From contig CALZHP010000004.1 of assembly GCA_945787325.1 (NCBI GenBank), forward strand, positions 2,262 through 66,261: a stretch of 64,000 nt of DNA, in the 5' to 3' direction. This stretch comes from an uncultured Desulfobulbaceae bacterium. Lineage in GTDB: Bacteria > Desulfobacterota > Desulfobulbia > Desulfobulbales > BM004. The notes beneath the pieces were generated by a model, which was given only the letters and a program-made list of their open reading frames with translations, made no database searches and had not been told where the DNA came from. Below, in pieces: positions 18,484 through 28,969 of the stretch. The translations under genes and the position numbers were made by a program. The first letter of the stretch is position 1. Every line of letters starts with the position of its first letter.

Positions 18484-19836
18484 TTATCTGGCAAGGCCTT
18501 TTGGCAACTTTCTTCTTTTCTTGCCGCTGACCATACCCGGACGACCCTTAAATTTTTTCATCATCTTGAGCATCTGGGTATAACTTTTCAGAACCTTGTT
18601 AACATCCTGCACAGATGTACCACTGCCCTTTGCTATCCGCTGCCTGCGGCTTGCGTTTATTAACATGTGGTTGCGGCGTTCACCCAGTGTCATTGAGCTG
18701 ATAATAGCCTCAGTCCTCACGAGCTCACTTTCATCGGGCTTAGGCATGTTCTTCATCTGCTTCAGCTTCCCCATACCGGGGATCATACCCATAAGTTGCT
18801 CAAGGCTGCCCATCTTTTTAATCTGCTGGATCTGATCAAGAAAATCCTCCAGGGTAAAAGCATTTTTCCTAAGTTTCTGGGCAAGTTTGTCGGCTTTTTT
18901 CTTGTCGACGACTGCTTCGGCCTTCTCAATGAGCGAAAGTACATCACCCATGCCAAGGATTCGTGATGCCAGCCGGTCAGGATGAAAAATTTCCAGGGCA
19001 TCAAGCCCTTCACCGGTTCCGACAAATTTAATCGGCCGCTGTGTAACTTTCTTTATGGAAAGAGCCGCACCGCCACGGGCATCACCCTCCATCTTTGTGA
19101 GGATCACCCCTGAAATTTTAAGATCCTGATTAAATTTATCGGCAACCGTTACCGCATCTTGGCCAGTCATGGAATCTGCAACAAACAGAATTTCAGCAGG
19201 ACTAGTCTCTGCCTTGATCCGTTTTAGCTCGTCCATCAGTTCCTGGTCAACATGCAATCGGCCGGCGGTATCAACAATCAGTGTGTCATGGTTAGCTCTT
19301 ACAGCCTCAATAATCGCCTTACGACAAATTACTTCCGGCTTTTCATCAGACTGCGATGGATGAACAGGTATGCCAATGCTGTCCCCGAGAACATGCAGCT
19401 GTTCGATGGCGGCTGGCCTGTAAATATCGGCAGGAATAAGATAAGGCCGTCTCCCCTTCCCCTTAAGCAGACTGGCGAGCTTAGCCGCCGTAGTCGTTTT
19501 ACCCGAACCCTGAAGACCGGCTAGCATGATGACGACCGGCTGTTTACCGTCCAGCTTCAGATATTCTGTCTGACCGCCTAACAGTCCGACAAGTTCCTCG
19601 TGGACAACCTTAATAACCTGCTGTCCCGGAGAAAGGCTGCTGAGGACTTCTTTTCCGACAGCCCTTTCAGTTATTGAACTAATAAATTCTTTGACAACCT
19701 TGAAGTTAACATCGGCCTCCAGGAGCGCTAAGCGCACTTCACGCATTGCATCCTGAATATTATTTTCAGTGAGCTTGCCATGTCCGCGCAGCTCCTTGAA
19801 AACCGAATTAAGGCGGTCACTTAGATTCTCAAACAT
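18484..19836 (-). CDS. ffh: signal recognition particle protein Ffh
   Basis: NG domain GLQGSGKTTT, DTAGR, TKMEGDARGG, and a Met-rich M domain. Confidence 0.95.
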   Translation of the reverse strand: MFENLSDRLNSVFKELRGHGKLTENNIQDAMREVRLALLEADVNFKVVKEFISSITERAVGKEVLSSLSPGQQVIKVVHEELVGLLGGQTEYLKLDGKQPVVIMLAGLQGSGKTTTAAKLASLLKGKGRRPYLIPADIYRPAAIEQLHVLGDSIGIPVHPSQSDEKPEVICRKAIIEAVRANHDTLIVDTAGRLHVDQELMDELKRIKAETSPAEILFVADSMTGQDAVTVADKFNQDLKISGVILTKMEGDARGGAALSIKKVTQRPIKFVGTGEGLDALEIFHPDRLASRILGMGDVLSLIEKAEAVVDKKKADKLAQKLRKNAFTLEDFLDQIQQIKKMGSLEQLMGMIPGMGKLKQMKNMPKPDESELVRTEAIISSMTLGERRNHMLINASRRQRIAKGSGTSVQDVNKVLKSYTQMLKMMKKFKGRPGMVSGKKRRKLPKGLAR

Positions 19837-20065
19837 AATAACGTATACTAGTTGTTACCTTGTCATTTTGGGCGGATAAAAAAACACCTCGAAAAAACAG
19901 AGAAAGATAATTGGAAATCGCTAGAATGTCAAGCCTTGCGGCAGGCTATGCAAATAATACTTTCACATGTATTTGCACGGTAAAAACTTCGGTAAAACCT
20001 TTAAACAAACAAGGCAGAGCATCCGGCACTACCCTGTCGGTCTGCACATTGAGGATCACATTGTT

Positions 20066-21019
20066 TTAGGAAATAACTTCTGCCAAACATTTAGCCAATG
20101 AATCAGGATTGTCCACCTGAAATTTCCGGTATGAATACCCTTTGGGCACTATTTTTCGCAATAAACCTGTGAGTACTGTCTTGGGCCCTGACTCAATAAA
20201 TATTTGGACACCGTTGGTAGTCAGCTTGTTGATAATCTCATACCACCTTACCCGGGAAGCTATCTGTCGGGCCATTATATCGCGTATCACATCCGGATCG
20301 TCTTCAGTGTCCGCTGTCACGTTGAAATAAACGGGAATAACAGGTTTGTTAAACTGTACTCCTGCCATTACCTTTTCAAAATCAGGTACGGCATTTGCCA
20401 CCAGTGGACTGTGGTTGGCAATGCTGACGTTAAGCGGAATGACCTTGCCTCCTTTTTCGGCAACAATATTAGACACCTTGTCCATTGCAGCAACTTCACC
20501 TGAAATGACCACCTGTTTATCGGAATTATGGTTGGCAGCAGTCACAATATCACCCTCCGACAGACCGTCCAGGATTTCCTGGATCTCATCTAGGGTCATT
20601 CCAAGTACAGCTCGCATGCCCCCAGGATTTTTCTGACCCTCACGTTCCATGAGTCTGCCCCTTTCCGCCACCAGTTTCAAAGTGTCTTCCGTATTGAGAA
20701 CACCGGCAGCATAAAGTGCACTGAATTCTCCAAGGCTATGACCAATAACATAGTCGGGTTGTATCCCACCTTTTCTTAATGCATTCCAGCAGATCAGGTT
20801 CAACACTGTAAAAGCAGGCTGTAGATGAATGGGTCTGGTCAGTTCCTCCATGGGACCTTCCAGGCATAATTTCCGGACGGGAAAGTTCATTATCGATTCG
20901 GCAAGTTCCATCAGCTCGAGCGCTTCGGGATCGGTCTCCAGAAATTCCTTTCCCATACCGATATACTGGGACCCTTGTCCAGGAAACATCACTCCTGTTT
21001 TGTTTTCATTGTTCGACAT
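20066..21019 (-). CDS. fabD: malonyl-CoA:ACP transacylase
   Basis: FPGQGSQYIGMG and the GHSLGEFSA active site. The start is trimmed to the ATG at 21019 (MSNNENK), because the longer ORF-track start overlaps lspA. Confidence 0.9.
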   Translation of the reverse strand: MSNNENKTGVMFPGQGSQYIGMGKEFLETDPEALELMELAESIMNFPVRKLCLEGPMEELTRPIHLQPAFTVLNLICWNALRKGGIQPDYVIGHSLGEFSALYAAGVLNTEDTLKLVAERGRLMEREGQKNPGGMRAVLGMTLDEIQEILDGLSEGDIVTAANHNSDKQVVISGEVAAMDKVSNIVAEKGGKVIPLNVSIANHSPLVANAVPDFEKVMAGVQFNKPVIPVYFNVTADTEDDPDVIRDIMARQIASRVRWYEIINKLTTNGVQIFIESGPKTVLTGLLRKIVPKGYSYRKFQVDNPDSLAKCLAEVIS

Positions 21020-21584
21020 GCCGATTAACTCCATTTTTTTCTTTGTCCATACCCAGTAACATACCCAGCAGAAATAACCCAACACCTACAGTAATTGCGG
21101 AATCAGCAACATTAAAAGCCGGCCAGTGATATCTGCTCACATAGAAATCTAGAAAATCGACCACCGCACCAAAGCGCAAACGGTCTATCAGATTTCCCAC
21201 TGCTCCACCTGCAATGAGTGCGATTGAAAATACAAACAAACGGCCCTGGTTCTTTACATGGCGATATGCGAAAATCATAATAAGCAAAGCTACGATGGCG
21301 ACTGTCACAAAGAATACCTGCCTCCACATGGCCTGTTCACCCGCAAGGAAACCGAACGCCGCTCCGGTGTTAGTCACATAGACAAGATTAAAAAATCCCG
21401 GGATAACAATCTTGTGTTCATGAAGGCTAAAGTTGTCCATTATCAGCTGCTTAGTAAACTGATCAAGCAGAATGACTGCTGAGATTATCAGAATAAATAT
21501 GATGTCGGTAATTCTATGCTTCAAAACAGTCTGCCACCAGGTTCTGCTTATAGTTGAGCTACAACCGATGAACAGCGGCCACAA
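21006..21584 (-). CDS. lspA: lipoprotein signal peptidase II
   Basis: LDQFTKQ, NTGAAFG and FNVADS motifs. The ATG at 21584 overlaps the ileS 3' end. An in-frame TTG at 21524 is an alternative start. Confidence 0.88.
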   Translation of the reverse strand: MWPLFIGCSSTISRTWWQTVLKHRITDIIFILIISAVILLDQFTKQLIMDNFSLHEHKIVIPGFFNLVYVTNTGAAFGFLAGEQAMWRQVFFVTVAIVALLIMIFAYRHVKNQGRLFVFSIALIAGGAVGNLIDRLRFGAVVDFLDFYVSRYHWPAFNVADSAITVGVGLFLLGMLLGMDKEKNGVNRHVEQ

Positions 21585-24361
21585 ATTTGTGGATGTTCAG
21601 CATCCTGACCGACTGTATCGACACGAAGCCAGCAGCGTTCACATTTTTCATTCTCAGCTGGTCCCACAAGAATCTTTAATTCCGGCATTTCTTCGCTGTG
21701 ATAGGCATCCTCACCAAGTTCATCGACCTGTTTTAATTCGGAGACAATGGATATCAGCTTGAGAGTATCCCATTCGTCTTTTAAAAAGTCAGCAATGTCA
21801 CCACTAACCGAAACTTTGACATCAGCTTCAAGAGGATGTCCGACAACTTTGTCCCGTCGGGCAATTTCCAGGGCCTTGGTCACTTCAGCTCTCACACTGA
21901 ATAGACGCTTCCACTTCGCCTCCAGTTTTTCATCGAGCAGTGCATCGTTTTCAGGGGGAAACAGCCCGCAGAATATATTTGATTCAACACGTTCAGGATT
22001 TCCAGCATCGGGAAGATGCTCCCAGGATTCAGCCACGGTGAAACTGAGGATAGGCGCCATCATCCTCAGCAGGCCATCCAGTATATCGTACAGTACCGTC
22101 TGCGCCCCTCTTCTTTGAGCTGACGCCGGCGGAGCTGTATACAGTCTGTCCTTTATAATATCAAGATATAATGAGCTCATGGTCACACCGCAAAACTGGT
22201 GCAGTCCATGAAAGATTGTATGAAATTCAAAATCTTCATACGCCTTGCAAGACTTCCTTTTCAACAATTCAAACTGGTGAAGGGCCCAGCGGTCCAATTC
22301 ATTTAGTTCATTTAATGAGACCCGGTCTCTATCTGGTACGAAATCATACAGGTTGCCAAGTATGTAGCGGATGGTATTTCTGATTTTACGATACGCATCG
22401 GATAACTGCTTCAGGATTTCATCGGATATTTTAATATCATCCCGATAGTCTTCGCTGGCCACCCATAACCTCAGAATTTCAGCGCCGTATTTTTTTATAA
22501 CTTCTTCAGGTGCAATAACATTACCGACACTTTTCGACATTTTCCTGCCATTGCCGTCCACCACAAAGCCATGCGTCAAAACTCCCTTGTACGGTGGTAT
22601 ACCCCTGGTGCCGACAGAAGCCAGCAGAGAGCTCTGAAACCAGCCCCGGTGTTGGTCGCTGCCTTCCAGGTAAAGATCGGCCGGTGCCATGAGTTCTTCC
22701 CTCTCTTCAAGAACGGCGGCATAACTTACCCCAGAATCGAACCAGACATCGAGGATGTCTTCTTCTTTTTCGAATGTTTTGGATCCGCAAGCGTTACAGG
22801 AAGTCCCTTCACCAATAAACGTAGAATTGTCATATTTAAACCAGGCATCAGCCCCTTCCTTGGTGAATATTTCAACTATCCTGTCAGCGACTTCAACATC
22901 CTTGAGCACTTCGCCACAATCCTTGCATGTAAAAACTGTTAAAGGCACGCCCCAGGCACGCTGCCGTGAAAGGCACCAGTCGGGTCTTGCTTCAACCATA
23001 CCGTATATTCGCTCCATACCCCATTTAGGGGTCCACACAACCTCTTTAATACTCTTCAGGCTTTTATCGCGAAGATCATTGTTTTCCATGGATATAAACC
23101 ACTGCTCTGTAGCACGGAAAATAACCGGTTTTTTACAGCGCCAGCAGTGAGGATAGCTGTGTGAAATCTCATTCTCTTTTATCAATACTCCCTTCTTGGC
23201 CATATCATCATTTATAATCCGGTTGGCATCATAAATGTTCATCCCCTCATAGGGGCCGGCTTCATGGGTAAATATTCCATCGTTGTCAACCGGTGACAAA
23301 ACTGGCAGGTCGTATTTCAGGCCACTCTGGTAGTCTTCACGCCCATGGCCAGGTGCTGTATGAACACATCCGGTTCCTGTTTCCAGGGTAACGTATGGGG
23401 CAAGAATGATTAGTGACTCTCTTTCCATAAAAGGATGTCTGCAAGTGCGGCCCTCCAAGGGGACAGCAGAAAAAGTGCTAATGACTTCATAATTTTCTAT
23501 GCCGAATTCAGAAAACGCCTGCGCCACAAGCTCTTCAGCCACTATCCAGATCTCATCATCAGTTGCCACAGCGGCATAGGTATGATCGGGATGAAAAGCT
23601 ACTCCAAGGTTGGCAGGTAAGGTCCAGGGTGTAGTGGTCCAAATCAGCGCAAAGATACTTTTGCCACCTATTTTTTCATGAGCAAGCTCTGGGATAACAT
23701 CGCCAAGGTCTTCAGCAACTTCGAATTTTACATAAATCGATGGTGAGGCATGATCGTAATATTCAACCTCGGCCTCGGCCAGAGCTGTGCGGCAGGAGGA
23801 GCACCAGTAAACGGGCTTTTTGCTCCTGATTACCGAGTCCGACAGTAGAAACTTGTTAAATTCACGGGCTATGGCAGCTTCGTAAGCATAATTAATAGTC
23901 AGGTACGGCTGCTCCCAGTCACCCAGAACGCCAAGGCGCTTAAATTCCTGTTTCTGGGTTTTTATCCATTTCTCTGCGTACTTGCGGCATGCACCACGAA
24001 CAGCCAGCTTGCTTATCTCTTTTTTCTTTGGGCCTAGTTGCTTGTCAACATTGTGTTCAATAGGTAGACCGTGACAATCCCAACCGGGGACATAAGGGCT
24101 ATGGAACCCTGCCATACGTTTTGATTTAAGGATAATGTCTTTCAATATTTTGTTAAAGGCCGTCCCTAGATGAATATGGCCGTTAGCATATGGAGGTCCA
24201 TCATGCAATATATAAGGCGGACGTCCTGCAGTTGCCTCCTGAATTTGAGAATACAGGTTTTCCTTTTCCCAGCGGTCTAAATACATCGGCTCTTTCTGCG
24301 AGAGATTAGCCTTCATCTTGAATTTAGTTTGAGGCAGGTTGAGCGTCTCGCGATAATCCAT
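21548..24361 (-). CDS. ileS: isoleucyl-tRNA synthetase (type 1, with C-terminal zinc finger)
   Basis: HIGH-type PYANGHIHLG, KMSKS, and C-terminal CERCW...CGRC. Confidence 0.97.
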   Translation of the reverse strand: MDYRETLNLPQTKFKMKANLSQKEPMYLDRWEKENLYSQIQEATAGRPPYILHDGPPYANGHIHLGTAFNKILKDIILKSKRMAGFHSPYVPGWDCHGLPIEHNVDKQLGPKKKEISKLAVRGACRKYAEKWIKTQKQEFKRLGVLGDWEQPYLTINYAYEAAIAREFNKFLLSDSVIRSKKPVYWCSSCRTALAEAEVEYYDHASPSIYVKFEVAEDLGDVIPELAHEKIGGKSIFALIWTTTPWTLPANLGVAFHPDHTYAAVATDDEIWIVAEELVAQAFSEFGIENYEVISTFSAVPLEGRTCRHPFMERESLIILAPYVTLETGTGCVHTAPGHGREDYQSGLKYDLPVLSPVDNDGIFTHEAGPYEGMNIYDANRIINDDMAKKGVLIKENEISHSYPHCWRCKKPVIFRATEQWFISMENNDLRDKSLKSIKEVVWTPKWGMERIYGMVEARPDWCLSRQRAWGVPLTVFTCKDCGEVLKDVEVADRIVEIFTKEGADAWFKYDNSTFIGEGTSCNACGSKTFEKEEDILDVWFDSGVSYAAVLEEREELMAPADLYLEGSDQHRGWFQSSLLASVGTRGIPPYKGVLTHGFVVDGNGRKMSKSVGNVIAPEEVIKKYGAEILRLWVASEDYRDDIKISDEILKQLSDAYRKIRNTIRYILGNLYDFVPDRDRVSLNELNELDRWALHQFELLKRKSCKAYEDFEFHTIFHGLHQFCGVTMSSLYLDIIKDRLYTAPPASAQRRGAQTVLYDILDGLLRMMAPILSFTVAESWEHLPDAGNPERVESNIFCGLFPPENDALLDEKLEAKWKRLFSVRAEVTKALEIARRDKVVGHPLEADVKVSVSGDIADFLKDEWDTLKLISIVSELKQVDELGEDAYHSEEMPELKILVGPAENEKCERCWLRVDTVGQDAEHPQICGRCSSVVAQL

Positions 24362-24754
24362 TATAATTCTCCTTTAACGACGGTAAATATCAAAAAATAT
24401 TAAGGCCGGGAATTTAACTGTGACCGGCAGTGTTAAGTTACAGCTTCTATCGAATAGCGATCAATTAAGAATATGAAAATTATAAATCATTTAACAAAAA
24501 CTAAATCCGCTAGAATACCAGTTACGTAGCAAGTTGCAAGGGTAAAGTTTAAAGCTTTAATACAGCTTTGTTACAACACATTAAAACAAGCCTGAGCAAT
24601 AAACAGTTTCTTAATGTTTAATGAGGATTATCCGTTTGACAACCACCAATGATTTATATAGTGTGTCGGCGTTAAATATTCTTTATTAGGATCATTCCTT
24701 ATCATTTCATAAACTATACAAATTTGTCGAAACAAGATCCCATCGGAGAAAAAT

Positions 24755-25513
24755 ATGACCAAAGTAATTGCCATGTCCGGAAAAGGCGGTACCGGCAAAA
24801 CGACCTTGTCGGCTTTGTTAATAAAATATCTTATTGTAAAAAAGCTCACTCCTGTCCTTGCTGTGGATGCCGATTCCAATGCAAATTTAAATGAGCTGCT
24901 GGAACTTGATGTTGATCTTACACTCGGCCAAATAAGAAAAGACCTTAAGGGAGACATGCCGCCAAACATGACCAGGGACCAGTTCATGGAAATGAAGGTT
25001 CATCAGGCACTGATAGAATCATCCGGCTTTGACCTGCTTGTTATGGGGCAGCCCGATGGACCGGGTTGCTACTGTGCGGCCAACCAGCACCTGGCAATGA
25101 CAATGGACCACCTGGCTACCAATTATCGATACATCCTGGTTGACAACGAAGCCGGTATGGAACATTTAAGCCGTATGAACCTCCGAGCTGTTGATACACT
25201 GCTAGTCGTCTCAGATCCTTCCGCAAGAGGAATATTGACTGCCAGACGTATTGCTGATCTCACATCTCCTCTCGGCATTGAGATAAAAAGCAAACAACTG
25301 ATTGTAAATCGGGCCCCTGATCCGGTACCTGAAGCGCTCAATAATAAAATTAATGAAGCCGTTGAGAACTCGGATATGCAGCTGGGTGGAATTCTGCCCA
25401 GCAGCGATACTCTTATTGAGCAGGAATTAAGCGGTAACTCTTATCTGAAACTTGGACATGATGTAGATATCGTTAAAAAGGCATTTAATATTTTTTCACA
25501 TATTATTTCATAA
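24755..25513 (+). CDS. CooC/AcsF-type P-loop NTPase (MinD/ParA superfamily, Ni-insertion accessory family)
   Basis: Deviant Walker A SGKGGTGKTT and the CxC metal motif GPGCYCAAN. Confidence 0.75.
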   Translation: MTKVIAMSGKGGTGKTTLSALLIKYLIVKKLTPVLAVDADSNANLNELLELDVDLTLGQIRKDLKGDMPPNMTRDQFMEMKVHQALIESSGFDLLVMGQPDGPGCYCAANQHLAMTMDHLATNYRYILVDNEAGMEHLSRMNLRAVDTLLVVSDPSARGILTARRIADLTSPLGIEIKSKQLIVNRAPDPVPEALNNKINEAVENSDMQLGGILPSSDTLIEQELSGNSYLKLGHDVDIVKKAFNIFSHIIS

Positions 25514-25614
25514 CAATTTTCCGCATTTCACAATGAGGATTGACAGCAAGAAATGATCAATATACAGTTATATCGTTTATTTAAACCTGAAATGTTTTGA
25601 CCGGCAGATAATAC

Positions 25615-26292
25615 ATGGAAAAACCGATGGTGGAACTAGTCAAGGTCAGCAAAATATATCCACCGGATGTTGTTGCCCTCGAGAATGTTTCCATACTCAT
25701 AGAAAAAGGAGAGATGGTTTTTTTGACCGGAAAAAGCGGGGCCGGCAAAACAACACTCCTCAAACTTATATGTGGTCTGGAACAGCCAGACCAAGGCCTA
25801 ATTGAAGTTGCCGGCAAAGACCTAAGCCGCATCAGACCAAAAGACATGCCTTATATACGACAGAAAACAGGTATGGCTTACCAGGACTTCAAACTCCTGC
25901 CTGATCAAACAGTTGCACAGAATATTGCCATGCCAATGCAGGTTGTATTCAGATCTATACGCTCCATAAAAAACAGGGTCTCTGAGCTCCTCGAAAAATT
26001 GAAGCTGGATGGGAAACACGATACCCTGGCCTGTAATCTTTCAAGAGGAGAACAGCAGCGTGTTGCTCTTGCAAGAGCGGTAGCCAACCTGCCCCCACTC
26101 ATTCTTGCAGACGAGCCCACCGGCAATCTGGACGGTGCAACAACCAGGCTTGTTATGGAACTCCTTGAAGAATGCAATGATGCTGGTTCAACTATTATCC
26201 TGGCCACCCACGACAAGTCCATATACAGCAATACAGCTCACAGGGCCGTTCAAATACGAGATGGTTATTTCGTTCCAACGGAGAACAATTAA
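25615..26292 (+). CDS. ftsE: cell division ABC transporter ATP-binding protein FtsE
   Basis: GKSGAGKTT, LSRGEQQRV and ILADEPTG. Confidence 0.92.
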   Translation: MEKPMVELVKVSKIYPPDVVALENVSILIEKGEMVFLTGKSGAGKTTLLKLICGLEQPDQGLIEVAGKDLSRIRPKDMPYIRQKTGMAYQDFKLLPDQTVAQNIAMPMQVVFRSIRSIKNRVSELLEKLKLDGKHDTLACNLSRGEQQRVALARAVANLPPLILADEPTGNLDGATTRLVMELLEECNDAGSTIILATHDKSIYSNTAHRAVQIRDGYFVPTENN

Positions 26293-26299
26293 GCAAGAT

Positions 26300-27187
26300 A
26301 TGAAATTTTTTTCGTATATTCTATCACAAACAGGAAGAAATTTACTGCAGACTTGGGGATCACAGCTGATGACACTGCTGACTGTCGGTCTTTCGGTTCT
26401 TATTTTTTCTTTTTTTCTTCTCATTAATACGAACATCATTAAAGCAGGGGCAAAACTTGGTGACGACATACGCTTGATACTTTTCCTTGAAAAAGAGCCC
26501 GACCCTGCTATGACAGCACTGTATAGAAAAAAAATCACAGACTTTACCGATGTTAAAGAAATTAGATTTATCAGCCGTGATATGGCATATAAAAAACTTG
26601 CCGACCAACTTGGTAATGATAGTGATGTACTTGCGGATATGGGTTCCGACTTTCTCCCACCTTCGATAGAAGTTTATCCTAATATCGACCTTAAAGGTCT
26701 GTCTGAGATTAAACTTTTTTCAGAGTATCTTGAGAAACTGTCTGGAGTTGTAAAAGTGCAATATGGCCAGGAATGGATAGAACGTTTTCATTATTTCACT
26801 GAACTACTTCGAGTCATTATTATATTGAGCGGCGGCCTGCTTGTACTGACAACAATATTTATGGTTTCCTATACCATCAAACTTTCGGTTGTCGCGCGGC
26901 AGGCGGAACTGAAAATCCTTCGTCTTATTGGAGCTACAAACAGCTATATAAGCACCCCTTTTCTCGTAGAAGGATTTCTGCAGGGCCTTATAGGTGCTGC
27001 AATTGGGCTAACTTCGCTCTATTTTCTTTTTGATTGGATCAAAAAGAACTTTAACAATCCAGGTCTGTTCAATTTCTTTGAATTTTCTTACATACCAACA
27101 TCAACAACTTTGTTAATTCTTGCAGTGAGTGTTATTCTTTGCACCGGCGGCAGCATCGCAGCAATGCGAAAATATCTTCGTATCTGA
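26300..27187 (+). CDS. ftsX: cell division permease FtsX
   Basis: Four-TM permease with a periplasmic domain. The start is taken at ATG 26300, just after the ftsE stop. The ORF-track start at 26105 overlaps ftsE in another frame. Confidence 0.88.
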   Translation: MKFFSYILSQTGRNLLQTWGSQLMTLLTVGLSVLIFSFFLLINTNIIKAGAKLGDDIRLILFLEKEPDPAMTALYRKKITDFTDVKEIRFISRDMAYKKLADQLGNDSDVLADMGSDFLPPSIEVYPNIDLKGLSEIKLFSEYLEKLSGVVKVQYGQEWIERFHYFTELLRVIIILSGGLLVLTTIFMVSYTIKLSVVARQAELKILRLIGATNSYISTPFLVEGFLQGLIGAAIGLTSLYFLFDWIKKNFNNPGLFNFFEFSYIPTSTTLLILAVSVILCTGGSIAAMRKYLRI

Positions 27188-27189
27188 TA

Positions 27190-28809
27190 ATGAAATCAAG
27201 GTGTTTAAAACCATTCAGTTTCGATCGGGAGCAATTGTTACCAGTTAAGTGGACCTTAGGAACATTTATTCCTCTCCCTTACAGGAGCCATAAGTATCCC
27301 GGCACCAACATCATGCTAAATGTTGTGATCCTCGTATTTCTTTTCTCAATATTCAACGCGCCTTTCAGTTCTGCAGCAACAAGCGAAGAGATAAAAGATT
27401 CCGAAAATCAACAAAGTATCATCAAATTAAAATCCAAGAAATTTGATTCACTGATTAATAACAAAAAATCAGAGAAAAAGCGTACCATCAGGATCAAACC
27501 ACTGCTAAAGGAAGAGCAGGATAGTGAACCCGTTACCAATGATGTTAATGAAAAAAAGTCAACTTCAATCACTATCCGTCAGGCTGAACAAATTAAACCT
27601 GTGCAAGAAGAATCTCCTGAAAAGGTTGAGAATCTAAGTAGGAAAGAGTTGCTTGAACAACACCGTATAATCCTTAACAAAGCAGATGTTCTTAAAAAAG
27701 ATGACGTCATCAAATATGTAGGCTCTCAACTTGAGGAAATCAATATTCTTGCAGCAATTGAGAAAATTGATATGAAACTGGCCTCTCAGAGAGCGAGAAT
27801 TATATCTCTCCAGAATAAATACAAGAGCCAGGAGAAACTGCTTCAACAGAGACAGGAATTAATAGATAAAAAAAACAGTGAAAAAGAAAAGGTAAAACAA
27901 CATGTTAAAAAAAGGTTAAGCGCATACTACCATATGGGCGGCACCGGGGTCATGAACGTTATCTTTTCCACTGAATCATTTGCCGACCTTCTGGTTTTTG
28001 AAGAGTATTTTCACCATTTGCTGCTTTATGATCAAAATATAATTCGTTCTTACCTTGATAAAATAGATAAGCTGTCAAAAGCACAGGATTCGCTCATACT
28101 CGAGAGAAAAAAGCTTCCAGAACTGCTTGATCAACTTCAGGAGGAAAAAGAATTCCTGGCGACAACGTTCGATGAAAAATTGGCACTGTTAACAAAGGTT
28201 AAAACTGAAAAGAAACTATATCAGCAGGCCGTTTCAGAAATTGAAAAAGCGGCGGCCGATCTGGCTGTATCAATTGAAAAATTCAAGGAAGATACCCGGA
28301 AGCAAACCTTGGCTTCTTATCCTGATTCTACGGCAAACCAATCGACATCATCAGGAAAAACTAAAAAAGGTAAAACAATTGCCGCCTTCAAAGGTAAGCT
28401 AGATCCTCCTCTTTCTGGATTGGTGATAAAAAATTACGGAAAACATACCAATAAGAAATTCGGTATAAATACTTTTGAAAACGGTATTGATATCAAGGCC
28501 GAACAGGGTACGTTGATTAAGGCTGTTTTTGATGGAAGAATTGTCAATGCCGGTTACCTGCGTGGATATGGCAATATGATCATCATCGACCATGGACAGC
28601 GGTATTATTCCGTCATCTCCCGGGTTGGCACACTTTTACGAGAAGAAGGCGAATCAGTTATTGCCGGTGATACTATCGGCATCATGGGTGAAAATAAAAC
28701 TTTGCTTGGAGAAGGGCTGCATTTTGAGTTTCGTCACGGCTCGGAACCGCAGAATCCTCTGGCATGGCTGAATAAAAAGAAATTAATTGTACGAGCCAAG
28801 ACTAAATAA
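27190..28809 (+). CDS. envC: EnvC-like murein hydrolase activator (coiled coil plus degenerate LytM/M23 domain)
   Basis: Long coiled-coil region. The C-terminal LytM domain is GIDIKA..GYGNMIIIDHG..GLHFEFRH, and it lacks the first catalytic His. It follows ftsEX. The start could be ATG 27313 (MLNVVILVFLF signal). Confidence 0.8.
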   Translation: MKSRCLKPFSFDREQLLPVKWTLGTFIPLPYRSHKYPGTNIMLNVVILVFLFSIFNAPFSSAATSEEIKDSENQQSIIKLKSKKFDSLINNKKSEKKRTIRIKPLLKEEQDSEPVTNDVNEKKSTSITIRQAEQIKPVQEESPEKVENLSRKELLEQHRIILNKADVLKKDDVIKYVGSQLEEINILAAIEKIDMKLASQRARIISLQNKYKSQEKLLQQRQELIDKKNSEKEKVKQHVKKRLSAYYHMGGTGVMNVIFSTESFADLLVFEEYFHHLLLYDQNIIRSYLDKIDKLSKAQDSLILERKKLPELLDQLQEEKEFLATTFDEKLALLTKVKTEKKLYQQAVSEIEKAAADLAVSIEKFKEDTRKQTLASYPDSTANQSTSSGKTKKGKTIAAFKGKLDPPLSGLVIKNYGKHTNKKFGINTFENGIDIKAEQGTLIKAVFDGRIVNAGYLRGYGNMIIIDHGQRYYSVISRVGTLLREEGESVIAGDTIGIMGENKTLLGEGLHFEFRHGSEPQNPLAWLNKKKLIVRAKTK

Positions 28810-28969
28810 CAGGTTGGCAGAGTTTTCCTAGCCGATTTATTATATTGTCCAATAGCCTTTAACATGATAAAAATGAAGTCTTATAAAGAATTTATTTCAT
28901 ATAATTAAACTTTTTGTTGAACTAAACAGTTTATACTGTTTTTTAAAAAACACTTTTGAGTACAGTCTC

